From Limnohabitans sp. Rim8 (GTDB taxonomy: Bacteria > Pseudomonadota > Gammaproteobacteria > Burkholderiales > Burkholderiaceae_C), in contig NZ_CAMDLM010000019.1 in assembly GCF_945901735.1 (NCBI RefSeq), forward strand, positions 8,726 through 72,725: a stretch of DNA of 64,000 bases, read 5' to 3'. A program made the translations under genes and the position numbers. Shown here in pieces: positions 47,323 to 56,555 of the stretch. How positions within the stretch are numbered: the first letter of the stretch is position 1; each line of letters starts with the position of its first letter. Under the pieces are notes generated by a model. It was not told where the DNA came from, ran no database searches, and saw only the letters and a program-made list of their open reading frames with translations.

Positions 47323-48507
47323 TCACATGCGCTCAAAAATCGCGGCGATGCCCTGACCGCCACCAATGCACATGGTCACCAGGGCATAGCGGCCATTCAC
47401 ACGCTGCAATTCGTACAGGGCCTTCACAGTAATCACTGCCCCGGTCGCGCCGATGGGGTGGCCCAACGAAATGCCCGAGCCGTTGGGGTTGACCTTGGCC
47501 GGGTCCAGGCCCAGTTCGCGCGTCACGGCGCAGGCCTGGGCAGCAAAGGCTTCGTTGGCCTCGATCACGTCCAGGTCGTTCACAGTGAGGCCGGTTTTCT
47601 TGAGCACCGCGTGGGTGGCCGAGATCGGGCCCACGCCCATGATCTTGGGGTCCAGACCGGTGTGGGCGTAACCCACCAGGCGGGCCATGGGTTTGGCGCC
47701 ACGGGCTTTGGCCGCGCCAGCTTCCATCAGCACCACGGCAGCGGCCGCGTCATTGATGCCCGAGGCGTTGCCCGCGGTCACGGTGCCGTTTTCCTTCACA
47801 AACACCGGCTTGAGTTTGGCCATGTCTTCGAGCTTGCAACCGGGGCGGAAATGCTCGTCAGTGACGTAGGCCACGTCGCCTTTTTTGCTTTTCAGCATGA
47901 CCGGCATGATCTGGTCCTTGAAGCGGCCTTCCAGCGTGGCGCGCTCGGCGCGGTTGTGGCTTTCCAGCGCCAAGGCGTCCTGCATCTCGCGGGTGATGCC
48001 GTATTGGGCAGCCACGTTCTCGGCGGTCACGCCCATGTGGATGGTGTGGAATGGGTCGTGCAGGGCGCCGACCATCATGTCGATCATCTTGGTGTCGCCC
48101 ATGCGTGCACCAAAGCGGGTGGCCAAACTGGCGTAAGGCGCGCGGCTCATGTTTTCTGCACCGCCGCCAATCGCGATGTCACAGTCGCCCAGCAGGATGG
48201 ACTGACTGGCACTCACGATGGCTTGCAGGCCCGAGCCGCACAGGCGGTTCACGTTGAACGCGGGCGTGCCCTGGCCGCAGCCGCCGTTGATGGCCGCCAC
48301 GCGCGACAAATACATGTCTTTGGGTTCGGTGTTGACCACATGGCCAAACACCACGTGACCGATGTCTTGGCCTGAGGTGCCCGCGCGTGAAAGGGCTTCG
48401 CGCACGACTTGCGCGGCCAGCTCGGTGGGGGCGATGTCCTTCAGGCTGCCGCCAAAGGTACCAATGGCGGTGCGCACTCCGCTGACAACAACAACTTCAC
48501 GGCTCAT
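47323..48507 (-). CDS. acetyl-CoA C-acetyltransferase (thiolase II)
   Basis: ATG 48507 gives MSREVVVVSGVRTAIG. VNRLCGSGLQA carries the active-site Cys. NGSGISLGHPIGATG and CIGGGQGIA are also present. Confidence 0.9.
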   Translation of the reverse strand: MSREVVVVSGVRTAIGTFGGSLKDIAPTELAAQVVREALSRAGTSGQDIGHVVFGHVVNTEPKDMYLSRVAAINGGCGQGTPAFNVNRLCGSGLQAIVSASQSILLGDCDIAIGGGAENMSRAPYASLATRFGARMGDTKMIDMMVGALHDPFHTIHMGVTAENVAAQYGITREMQDALALESHNRAERATLEGRFKDQIMPVMLKSKKGDVAYVTDEHFRPGCKLEDMAKLKPVFVKENGTVTAGNASGINDAAAAVVLMEAGAAKARGAKPMARLVGYAHTGLDPKIMGVGPISATHAVLKKTGLTVNDLDVIEANEAFAAQACAVTRELGLDPAKVNPNGSGISLGHPIGATGAVITVKALYELQRVNGRYALVTMCIGGGQGIAAIFERM

Positions 48508-48616
48508 GGGGATGTCTCCAGATTTGAAAAAACGACAAAACACAAAATGGTTGAACCCGGGCAGTTTCAGGGCCAATGGCTACAACGACCTGACAAGCCC
48601 AAGCCCGCTTAACCCG

Positions 48617-48658
48617 CAACGCCCAACGCCCAACGCCCAACGCTCAACGCCCAACCCT
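48617..48658. repeat. heptanucleotide tandem repeat (CAACGCC) x ~6
   Basis: caacgcc caacgcc caacgcc caacgct caacgcc caaccct, read directly. It abuts the stop codon of the SDR gene. Confidence 0.9.
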
Positions 48659-49413
48659 CAGTCCCGCACGTCGGCCACGGGCTTGTCACCGAAGTCGGGC
48701 CGAGCCAGGTAGCCAAGCACCTGGGTGGCGGCTTGGGCGGGCGAGCTGAGCTGGCCCTGGGCTTTGAGTTGCAAAAACTTGGACTGGTCGGGGAATGCCT
48801 CCCCTGCAGCGCCGCGCATTTGCACCTGCATGTCGGTGTCGATCACGCCGGGGGCGAGTGAGCTGACTTTGGCACCGTTGGCGTGCAGGGCTTCGTCCAG
48901 CGCCAGGCAGCGGGTGAAATGGTCCATGCCCGCTTTGGCCGCGCAGTAGCCCGCTTGCGAGGCCATGGCGTAGCGGCCCAGACCCGATGAAATGTTGAGC
49001 ACTTTGCGCGGCACGGGCCAGGCCTGCGTGGCCCCCAAAAAGGCGGCGCACAGCTGCATGGGTGCTTCCAGGCCCACGCGCAGGGCCAGCGCCAAGTCGG
49101 CCGGCTGGGACTGGCGCAGCGGGGCGATGGGCGGGATGACGCCCGCGTTGTTGATCAGGCTGGCGCTGGCGAAATCGGCCGGGTTCTGGCTGTGCAGCCA
49201 CTCGCGCAGGCGTGCGCTGGCGCCTTCGCCGTCGGCCAGGTCGTGGGTCCATTGCGTGAGCGGGACATTCGCCTTTTGGGCGGCCAAGGCCAGCTCGGGG
49301 TGGGTATGGCGCGAGATGCACAGCAGGGCGTTGCCCTTTTGCAGCAGCTGTTCGGCCATGGCCAGGCCCATGCCGCGTGAAGCGCCGGTGAGGATGTAAA
49401 GCGATGTGTTCAT
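48658..49413 (-). CDS. SDR family oxidoreductase
   Basis: LTGASRGMG (TGxxxGxG), NNAG and the YCAAK catalytic motif. Confidence 0.85.
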   Translation of the reverse strand: MNTSLYILTGASRGMGLAMAEQLLQKGNALLCISRHTHPELALAAQKANVPLTQWTHDLADGEGASARLREWLHSQNPADFASASLINNAGVIPPIAPLRQSQPADLALALRVGLEAPMQLCAAFLGATQAWPVPRKVLNISSGLGRYAMASQAGYCAAKAGMDHFTRCLALDEALHANGAKVSSLAPGVIDTDMQVQMRGAAGEAFPDQSKFLQLKAQGQLSSPAQAATQVLGYLARPDFGDKPVADVRD

Positions 49414-49560
49414 GGGTCAATGCTAGCCGTATCCCCCCTTTCATCGGTTCGCGCAGATGACAGCGCACGGTGGCATCCTTTGCCTGTGGCCGCGGTCTCT
49501 GGCCGCGATGGGCCTTTCTGCCGTCGTGTTGCGCGGTCGCAGACCGCTCCTACAGGGCCG

Positions 49561-50904
49561 TCACTGGCCTTGTGCGGCCCGGATGCGGTTGACCTGCAAG
49601 GGGGTGACTTCGCTCGTCTGGTTGCCCCAGCGGCTGCGCAAGTGGGTGAGCACGGCGGCGATGTCCCGATCGTCCAATTCCAACACGGCTGGCGGCATGC
49701 CAAAGGGGCGGGGGTGGCCTTCGGTTGCAGGGCCGTAGCCGCCGTACAGCACCAGTTGCACCAGGTTGGTGGGGTCGCTCAGCAGCACGGCGCGGTTGCC
49801 GGCCAGGGCGGGGTAAGCCACTTCGCCCGATGCGGTTTGGATGCCTTCGCCTTGTTCGCCGTGGCATTGCAGGCATTGGCGTTCGTAGACTTTGGCACCC
49901 TGGGTGGCCACCTGCAGGCTGATGCGGCTCGGCTTGGCCGCCGCTGGCGCGGGCTGAGGTGTGCTTTGGGCGCGTGACCGCAAATACACCGCCATGGCTT
50001 GCAGGTCGGCCTCTTTCAGGTGCTGCAGGCTGTGCTGCACGACTTCCCCCATGGGGCCGCTGGTTTGCGCCGTGGCCGAGCCGCCGGTGCGCAGCAGACG
50101 CACGATTTCGGGCAAGGGCGTGCTGGCCAGGCCCGACTCGGCATCGCGCGTCAGGTCGGGGGCGTACCAGTTGACCACTGGCATCAGGCCACCGGACAAA
50201 TCGCTGACGGGCCCGCTGGCGCCCAGCGCGTTGCGCGGGCTGTGGCAAGCGGCGCAGTGGCCCAGGCCTTGCACCAGGTAGGCGCCCCGGTTCCATTCGG
50301 CGCTTTGCTTGTGGTCTGTCTGAAAAGGGTTGGACTGAAAAAACAGGCTGCGCCACACGGCCAGTGCGGGTTGGGTGCCCACGGGCCAGACCAAGGTGTG
50401 GGCAGGCTGGGCTTGCACCACCGGGGCCTGGGTGTTCAGCCAGGCAAAAATGGCGTCGCTGTCTTGGCGGGTGATGACGCTGGTGTGGTTGTACGGAAAA
50501 GCCGGGGCCAGCAAGCGAGCGTCTTTGGAGCGGCCTCGGTGCATGGCGTGCCAGAAGTCTTGCGCCGTCCATTGGCCCACACCGGTCTCGGGGTCGGGCG
50601 TGAGGTTGCTGCTGTACACGCCGCCAAAGGGCGTGTCGATGCGCCGACCGCCCGCAAAGGGTGTGCCGCCCCGGGTCGTGTGGCAGGCCATGCAATTGCC
50701 TGCCAGGGCCAGGTAGCGGCCTTGTTCGATCTGGGCTGCGCTGGCCTGCGGGGTCTGCGGTGTCTCAGTGGCCGAGGTTGGGGTGGGCAGAGCCAGGTCG
50801 CCCCAGTTGTCCCACGCCACCCCCAGGGCCAGCAACGCCATGCCGATCAGTGTGACCCAGCCCAGGCGTTTGACCGGGTGCATGCCTGGCCATGGGCGCT
50901 TCAT
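49561..50904 (-). CDS. triheme c-type cytochrome (alcohol / gluconate 2-dehydrogenase cytochrome c subunit-like)
   Basis: Three CxxCH sites: GNCMACH, GHCAACH and CLQCH. Each is preceded by a G.Y/VY helix. An N-terminal transmembrane or signal segment is present. Confidence 0.85.
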   Translation of the reverse strand: MKRPWPGMHPVKRLGWVTLIGMALLALGVAWDNWGDLALPTPTSATETPQTPQASAAQIEQGRYLALAGNCMACHTTRGGTPFAGGRRIDTPFGGVYSSNLTPDPETGVGQWTAQDFWHAMHRGRSKDARLLAPAFPYNHTSVITRQDSDAIFAWLNTQAPVVQAQPAHTLVWPVGTQPALAVWRSLFFQSNPFQTDHKQSAEWNRGAYLVQGLGHCAACHSPRNALGASGPVSDLSGGLMPVVNWYAPDLTRDAESGLASTPLPEIVRLLRTGGSATAQTSGPMGEVVQHSLQHLKEADLQAMAVYLRSRAQSTPQPAPAAAKPSRISLQVATQGAKVYERQCLQCHGEQGEGIQTASGEVAYPALAGNRAVLLSDPTNLVQLVLYGGYGPATEGHPRPFGMPPAVLELDDRDIAAVLTHLRSRWGNQTSEVTPLQVNRIRAAQGQ

Positions 50905-51770
50905 GGCTTGCCCCCGTTCGGGGGCTTGGCGGCTCTGGCCGACAACTCGGGTGCACTGCCGCAGCGCAGGGCTTCAGGCAGTGCAGGCCCAGCAGGGGCG
51001 CGGTCGGCAGGCCGGGTGTCGGTGGGCAGCGGCTGGCGGGCAAGCCAGCTCGAGACGGCGATCAGGTCCTGTGCGGGCATGCGTTGGACGATTTCAGCCA
51101 TGCAGTCGGGGGCGTGGGCACGGCGCTGCGCGGTTTGCCAGGCTCCCAGTTGCGCGTTCAGGTAATCAAGCGGCAAACCCAGCAGCCCCGGCACATTGGG
51201 CTGCACGCCGGTCAGTCGCACGCCATGGCACTGGGTGCAGGCGGGCAGGCCGCGTGTGGCGTCGCCTTGCGTCACGAGTTGCTGGCCTTTGGCCAAGCGC
51301 TCGGGGGTGATGGCGTTGCTGGCGGTGGGGGTGGGGTAGGGCAGCTGCAAGTGGGCAAAGTACTGCGCCATCTCGCCCAAATAGGCGTCGCTCAAAGGGT
51401 CGACCAGGCGGGCCATCAGATCGTAATGGCGGCGACCTTGGGCAAAATTGCGCAGCTGGTTGTGCAGGTAGCCTGCGGGTTTGCCCGCCAAGCGCGGGTA
51501 ATAACCGTCGGGACCGGCGCGGCCTTGCTCGCCATGGCAGGCGGTGCAGGCGCGGGTGCGCTCGGCCATGTCGTTTGCAAAACGCTGGGGGGCCGGGACT
51601 TGGGCGTTCAGGGGGCCAGCACCCCAGGCCGCTGCGGCCCAAAACAGGCCTTTGAACAAACGTTTGAAAAACCAGGCGCTGGGCTGGCCCAAACGGGTTG
51701 GGGTCGGGTGATCCAGGGGAGTGGGTGACCTGGGCGCGGTGAAATTCTGACTGCTTGGAAACGTCCTCAT
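50901..51770 (-). CDS. diheme c-type cytochrome (c4-like)
   Basis: Two CxxCH sites (CTACH, CTQCH). Its stop overlaps the start of the triheme gene (ATGA). Confidence 0.8.
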   Translation of the reverse strand: MRTFPSSQNFTAPRSPTPLDHPTPTRLGQPSAWFFKRLFKGLFWAAAAWGAGPLNAQVPAPQRFANDMAERTRACTACHGEQGRAGPDGYYPRLAGKPAGYLHNQLRNFAQGRRHYDLMARLVDPLSDAYLGEMAQYFAHLQLPYPTPTASNAITPERLAKGQQLVTQGDATRGLPACTQCHGVRLTGVQPNVPGLLGLPLDYLNAQLGAWQTAQRRAHAPDCMAEIVQRMPAQDLIAVSSWLARQPLPTDTRPADRAPAGPALPEALRCGSAPELSARAAKPPNGGKP

Positions 51771-51863
51771 ACGCTGAAGATAACCGATGCGGCGACAATG
51801 TCGGGCTTTGCGCTGAAAGCCCTGAGGCCCCAGTGCGTTGTTTTTTCTTTATCTGTTCAAGCC

Positions 51864-52382
51864 ATGTCCGATATCCAAGTCCGATTTGCCACCCTCCAAG
51901 ATGCCCCTGCCGTGGCTGCTTTGCATGTCAGCGCGTGCCGCGCCGCCTACGCGGGCCAGGTGCCCGATGCCCATTGGGACGCCACGCCCATGCCCAAACG
52001 CGTGTCGTTCTGGAAAGAGGCCATCGAATACGGCGAGCCGCAAGTCATGGTGGCGGTGGATGGCCGCGAGATCGTGGGCTTTGTGGGCTTTGACCGCTCG
52101 CGTGACCCCAAGTCCAAAAACACCACGGGCGAAATTTGGGCCATTTACGCTGCGCCCGAGCGCATTGGCCGGGGCATTGGCCTGGCCCTGTGGGATGCCG
52201 CCCGCGAAGGCCTGGAAGACGAGGACTGCTCCGATGTGACCGTCTGGCTGCCGCTGTTGCACGAGCGCACCTTGCGCTTTCACGACCTGGCCGGCTTCAA
52301 GCGCGAGATGAACACCGCCCGCACCGTGCCCCTGGGCGGTGTGAAGGTCGAAGAAGTTCGTCTCAAGCGCAAGCTTGGCTGA
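51864..52382 (+). CDS. GNAT family N-acetyltransferase
   Basis: ATG 51864 gives MSDIQVRFATLQDAPAVAAL. RGIGLALW is the acetyl-CoA loop. Confidence 0.75.
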   Translation: MSDIQVRFATLQDAPAVAALHVSACRAAYAGQVPDAHWDATPMPKRVSFWKEAIEYGEPQVMVAVDGREIVGFVGFDRSRDPKSKNTTGEIWAIYAAPERIGRGIGLALWDAAREGLEDEDCSDVTVWLPLLHERTLRFHDLAGFKREMNTARTVPLGGVKVEEVRLKRKLG

Positions 52383-52409
52383 ACGCGCAGTCGACTTTCC
52401 AGGCTCCCT

Positions 52410-53399
52410 ATGCACATCATGTTGGCCCCGATGGAGGGGCTGCTCGACCACACCCTGCGCGATGTGCTCACACGCGTAGGCGGGGTGCACGAGTGCGTCT
52501 CTGAATTCATTCGCGTGACCAACACCGTTTTGCCGCGCCGCGCTTTCATTCGGGTCGCGCCCGAGTTGCTCAACCGCAGCCGCACGATGGCGGGCGTGCC
52601 GGTCAAGGTGCAGCTGCTGGGCTCAGACCCGGCGTGCCTGGCCGACAACGCAGCGGCTCTGGCCGAATTGCAGCCGCATGGCATTGACCTGAACTTTGGT
52701 TGTCCGGCCAAAACCGTGAACCAGCACCGGGGCGGAGCGGTGCTGCTGGACGAGCCCGAGCTGGTGGGCCAGATCGTTGCGGCGGTGCGCCGGGCTGTGC
52801 CGGCACATATCCCGGTCTCGGCCAAGATGCGCTTGGGCTACAACGATGACCGCCGCGCCGAGGACTGCGCCCAAGCCATCGAGGCGGCCGGGGCCAGCGA
52901 GCTGGTGGTGCACGCCCGCACCAAGGCGCACGGTTACCGTCCGCCCGCCTATTGGGACCGCGTTGCCGACTTGCGCCAGCATGTGCGCTTGCCCATCGTG
53001 GCCAATGGCGAAATCTGGACGGTGGCCGACGCGCTGCGTTGCCGCGAGGTGACGGGCTGCGACCGCCTGATGATCGGGCGCGGCATGGTCACCGACCCGG
53101 GCCTGGCGCTGGCCATTGCGCACCGGCTGGCCACAGGGCAAGGGCGCGCGCCGGGGCAGGGTGTGCCTTGGTCCACCTTGGTGGCATTGGTGCAGGTGTT
53201 CTGGCTGGGCGTGAGCGCCCGCGTGGCGGCACGGCACCGGGCCGGGCGGCTCAAGCAGTGGCTCAATTACATGCGCCGGGTCTATCCCGAAGCGCAGCAG
53301 GCCTTTGACGAGTTGCGTCTGGTGCACGATGCCGCGCACATCGAGCGCTGGCTGGCGCTGCACACGGCCCCAGCACCAGATGCCGCTATGGCGATTTAG
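52410..53399 (+). CDS. dusC: tRNA-dihydrouridine(16) synthase
   Basis: MLAPMEGLLDHTLRDVLT...SEFIRV, DLNFGCPAKTVN, VSAKMRLG, VVHARTK, IVANGEI and IKQWLNY are collinear with E. coli DusC as I recall it. Confidence 0.85.
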   Translation: MHIMLAPMEGLLDHTLRDVLTRVGGVHECVSEFIRVTNTVLPRRAFIRVAPELLNRSRTMAGVPVKVQLLGSDPACLADNAAALAELQPHGIDLNFGCPAKTVNQHRGGAVLLDEPELVGQIVAAVRRAVPAHIPVSAKMRLGYNDDRRAEDCAQAIEAAGASELVVHARTKAHGYRPPAYWDRVADLRQHVRLPIVANGEIWTVADALRCREVTGCDRLMIGRGMVTDPGLALAIAHRLATGQGRAPGQGVPWSTLVALVQVFWLGVSARVAARHRAGRLKQWLNYMRRVYPEAQQAFDELRLVHDAAHIERWLALHTAPAPDAAMAI

Positions 53400-53689
53400 A
53401 GCTGCGCGGCGCCCTGGCTGGACAGCCGCAGGCGCGCTTTGTCGGCCCACAGCTGCAGGCTGGCGAACAAATCCTTTTGGCTGAAGGAGCAGCTTTCTTC
53501 GCTGAACAAGGCGCTGGCCTCGATGCGGTCGAGCAAGGGTTGCAACACCTCGTCAAAGCGTGCGGGCAGCGCCAAAGAGGCCGCTTGTGTGCGCCACAGG
53601 TGAATCATTTCGCTTTGCGGCAGCTCGCCGTTTTGGCTTTGGGCCAAAGCGGTGTTCATGCGATCGAGCGTTTCAAGGGCAGCACTCAT
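53396..53689 (-). CDS. hypothetical small protein (97 aa)
   Basis: ATG 53689 lies 8 nt after AGGAGA. Codon usage is native and the composition is helical and balanced. I recognise no family. Confidence 0.55.
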   Translation of the reverse strand: MSAALETLDRMNTALAQSQNGELPQSEMIHLWRTQAASLALPARFDEVLQPLLDRIEASALFSEESCSFSQKDLFASLQLWADKARLRLSSQGAAQL

Positions 53690-53744
53690 GGGCCGTGTCT
53701 CCTGCAATCGAAAAGGGTCTGTTTCGAGGCGACAATCATGCCCC

Positions 53745-54488
53745 ATGAAAGCCAAACCTCTCAAACCCATGCGCCTGGAAGACATCTTGTTCAGCCAGGG
53801 CTTTGGCACCCGCCGCGTCTGCGCAGGCCTGGTCCAGCAAGGCCATGTGCAATTGCAAGGCCAAACCGTCACCGACGCGGGCGAATTTTTTGATCTGGAG
53901 GGTCTGCAATTCACGGTGCAAGGCACCGTGTGGCCCTACCTGGACAAAGCCTACGTGCTGCTGCACAAGCCCGCAGGCACCGAGTGCTCGCAAAAGCCTT
54001 CGACCTGGCCGAGCATCTACACCTTGCTGCCCGCGCCTTTGCGCCAGCGCCCGCAAAAAGCAGCGGTGCAGGGTGTCCAAGCCGTGGGCCGACTTGACCA
54101 GGACACCACCGGCTTGCTGCTGCTGACCGACGACGGCCAGTTCATCCACAAGATGAGCTCGCCCAAACACCATGTGCCCAAGGTGTATGAGGTGACCACC
54201 AAACACCCCATCACGCCCGAGATGGTGGAAAAACTGCTGAGCGGGGTGGTGCTGGACGATGATCCCAAGCCCGTCAAAGCGGCGGCCTGCGAGGCGGTGG
54301 GCGAGCTGCACCTGAAACTGACCCTGACCGAGGGCAAATACCACCAGGTCAAGCGCATGGTCGCAGCCGTGGGCAACCGGGTGGAGGGCTTGCACCGCTC
54401 GCAAATCGGTGCCCTGGTGCTGGGCGATTTGGCTCCCGGGCAATGGCGCTTTTTGACGCCATCGGATTTGGCGGCGCTCAAGCCCTGA
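53745..54488 (+). CDS. rsuA: 16S rRNA pseudouridine(516) synthase (RsuA family)
   Basis: S4-like N-terminus MRLEDILFSQGFGTRR, catalytic GRLDQDTTGLLLLTDDG, and EGKYHQVKRMVAAVGN. Confidence 0.82.
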   Translation: MKAKPLKPMRLEDILFSQGFGTRRVCAGLVQQGHVQLQGQTVTDAGEFFDLEGLQFTVQGTVWPYLDKAYVLLHKPAGTECSQKPSTWPSIYTLLPAPLRQRPQKAAVQGVQAVGRLDQDTTGLLLLTDDGQFIHKMSSPKHHVPKVYEVTTKHPITPEMVEKLLSGVVLDDDPKPVKAAACEAVGELHLKLTLTEGKYHQVKRMVAAVGNRVEGLHRSQIGALVLGDLAPGQWRFLTPSDLAALKP

Positions 54489-54697
54489 AATGTCGCTTCG
54501 CGAAAAGATGGCTGTCGGACCGTAAAGGCCCGACCCACGGGGGCTCGGTTTTCGCAGGTCGGTGTCTTCAGGTCCGACATCTTCGGTGCACCACCACAAT
54601 TTGAAAAAGTCGCTTCGCGAAAGGGTGAAATGTCTGACCGTAAAGGCCCGACCTACGAGGGATCGGTCTTCGCAGGTCGCCTTCAGGTCCGACGACT
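54486..54697. repeat. two direct copies (~95 bp each, about 80 percent identical by eye) of a structured intergenic element
   Basis: Copy A spans 54486-54583 and copy B 54602-54697. Both start TGAAA(.)GTCGCTTCGCGAAA and share GACCGTAAAGGCCCGACC ... TTCGCAGGTCG ... CTTCAGGTCCGAC. Confidence 0.85.
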
Positions 54698-55510
54698 TGC
54701 CAAACTGGCCATGAAGTCTTGAACCGCATGTTCCACGGCTTGCGGCTGGTCGCGGTGGGGTGAATGGCCGCAGGCGGGCAGGGTGAGCAATCGGGTGTGC
54801 GGCACGGCTTGGGCGATGTCCTCGATTTGGGCCAGGGTGCCGTAGGGGTCGTCCACGCCCTGGATGGCCAGCAGCGGGACCTGGATGCTTGGCAAATCGG
54901 AACGGATGTCAAAACTGGCAAAAGCCGGACTCAACCACACCTCGTTCCATTGCCAAAAAGCGCAGTCCACATCGGCGTGGTACCCGGTCAGCCGTTCGCG
55001 CAATGCGCCTTGCTCAAAAGCTTGGCGGGCCTGTGCAATGGCTTGCAGGGAGAGGGGCTCCACCATGATGTGGGGTGCCATGACGATGCAGCCACTCAGC
55101 TCAGAACGGCTGGCGTGCAACAAAGCGATGGTGCCTCCGTCCGAGTGCCCAAGCAACACAGGCCGTTCGATGTCCAAAGCCCGCAACAAATTGGGCAAGA
55201 CCTCAAAGGCTTCGCGGTGCATGTAGTCGGGCAGCAAGCGCCCATGCCGGCGGCCATCCGTCTGGCCAGAGGGGCCGCGCACATCGGGCACGGGGTCGGA
55301 TTGGCCGTAGCCCTGGCGCGAATACACCAGGCCCGCGCAACCGAGTTGCGCGCACAGGCGCGTTGGCCAGTCGCGCCACATGCGCACGCTGCCCAGGCCT
55401 TCGTGTAAAAAAACCAGGGTCGGGCCATCGGCACCGGCGGGTGGTGCGATGCTCAGGGTTTCAAGCCCGATGCCGCGAATATTTATTTGTTGAAAGCTGT
55501 GCGTCTGCAT
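54683..55510 (-). CDS. alpha/beta hydrolase
   Basis: ATG 55510 (MQTHSFQQINIRG...). LVFLHEGLGS, the nucleophile elbow LGHSDGG, and ACGHSPHRDQP. Confidence 0.8.
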   Translation of the reverse strand: MQTHSFQQINIRGIGLETLSIAPPAGADGPTLVFLHEGLGSVRMWRDWPTRLCAQLGCAGLVYSRQGYGQSDPVPDVRGPSGQTDGRRHGRLLPDYMHREAFEVLPNLLRALDIERPVLLGHSDGGTIALLHASRSELSGCIVMAPHIMVEPLSLQAIAQARQAFEQGALRERLTGYHADVDCAFWQWNEVWLSPAFASFDIRSDLPSIQVPLLAIQGVDDPYGTLAQIEDIAQAVPHTRLLTLPACGHSPHRDQPQAVEHAVQDFMASLASRRT

Positions 55511-55526
55511 CTGAAATCCTGAAGGT

Positions 55527-56555
55527 GTGCCGTTTACACTTGAGCGCGATTTAGAAAGCCCCCAAGTGATTCGTTTTAGTGCATTTTCCAGAATTTTCTT
55601 CTTGCTTTTTGGGGTGGGGTTGGCCTGCACCGTGCTGGCCAAGCCGCCCGCACCTGTTTTTGTCCTCAATTCGCTCGAGGGCAACGTGAGTGTGATCGAT
55701 CCGACCACCTGGACCGAGAAAAAACGCATCCCGACGGGCAAAGAGCCGCACCATTTGTATTTGACGCCGGATGAAAAATCGCTGATTGTGGCCAACGCCA
55801 TGAGCGATTCCCTGACCTTCATCGACCCGCGCACTGCGCAAGTGCAGCGCACCGTGACCGGCATTCTGGACCCTTATCATTTGCGATTTTCGCCGGACAT
55901 GAAGTGGTTTGTGACGGCCGCCAACCGTTTGAACCATGTGGACATTTACCGTTGGGACGGCCAAAACGCGCATTTGTCCAAACGCATTGCCACCGGTAAA
56001 ACGCCCAGCCACCTGTGGATCGACAGCCGCAGCCAGACCGTTTGGGCCTCGATGCAGGACAGCAACGAGATCGTCTCGATTGACCTGAACACCCAATCGC
56101 TGAGCACGCGCACCCCCGTTGGTGCGGTGCCCGCCGATGTGTACGGCACGCCCGACGACAATTACCTTTTGGTGGGCCTGACCGGCGGCGATGGGGTCGA
56201 GGTCTACGACATCAGCGGGCCCAAGCCCAAATTGTTCAAAAAGATTCCCACGGGCAAAGGGGCGCATGCCTTTCGGGCGCTGGGGGACAAGCGCCATGTG
56301 TTTGTGAGCAACCGGGTGGCCAACTCCATCAGCCAGATCGACTTCATCGATTGGAAAGTGGTGGCGCAATTGCCCGGCCCTTCTGGCCCTGACTGCATGG
56401 ACATCACCGCAGACGGCCAGCTGATTTTGGTGGCCTCACGTTGGTCGCGCAAATTGAGCGTGATCGACATCGCCTCGCGCAAATTGGTCAAGCAAGTGCC
56501 GGTGGGCAAGTCGCCCCACGGAGTGTGGACATTGGACCATGCGCCGCGCAACTGA
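55527..56555 (+). CDS. secreted YncE-like / YVTN beta-propeller repeat protein
   Basis: Signal-like FFLLFGVGLACTVLA, with repeated ...VSVIDP../..LTFIDP../..IVSIDL../..LSVIDI.. blades. The start is uncertain (ATG 55527 or GTG 55566). Confidence 0.7.
   Translation: MPFTLERDLESPQVIRFSAFSRIFFLLFGVGLACTVLAKPPAPVFVLNSLEGNVSVIDPTTWTEKKRIPTGKEPHHLYLTPDEKSLIVANAMSDSLTFIDPRTAQVQRTVTGILDPYHLRFSPDMKWFVTAANRLNHVDIYRWDGQNAHLSKRIATGKTPSHLWIDSRSQTVWASMQDSNEIVSIDLNTQSLSTRTPVGAVPADVYGTPDDNYLLVGLTGGDGVEVYDISGPKPKLFKKIPTGKGAHAFRALGDKRHVFVSNRVANSISQIDFIDWKVVAQLPGPSGPDCMDITADGQLILVASRWSRKLSVIDIASRKLVKQVPVGKSPHGVWTLDHAPRN

Noticed and set aside
53477-53893. 138-aa plus-strand ORF
   Set aside because: It is a mirror of the better-supported 97-aa minus-strand gene, which has an RBS and native codon usage, and it runs into rsuA. 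Its product is Arg/Pro/Gly/His-rich.
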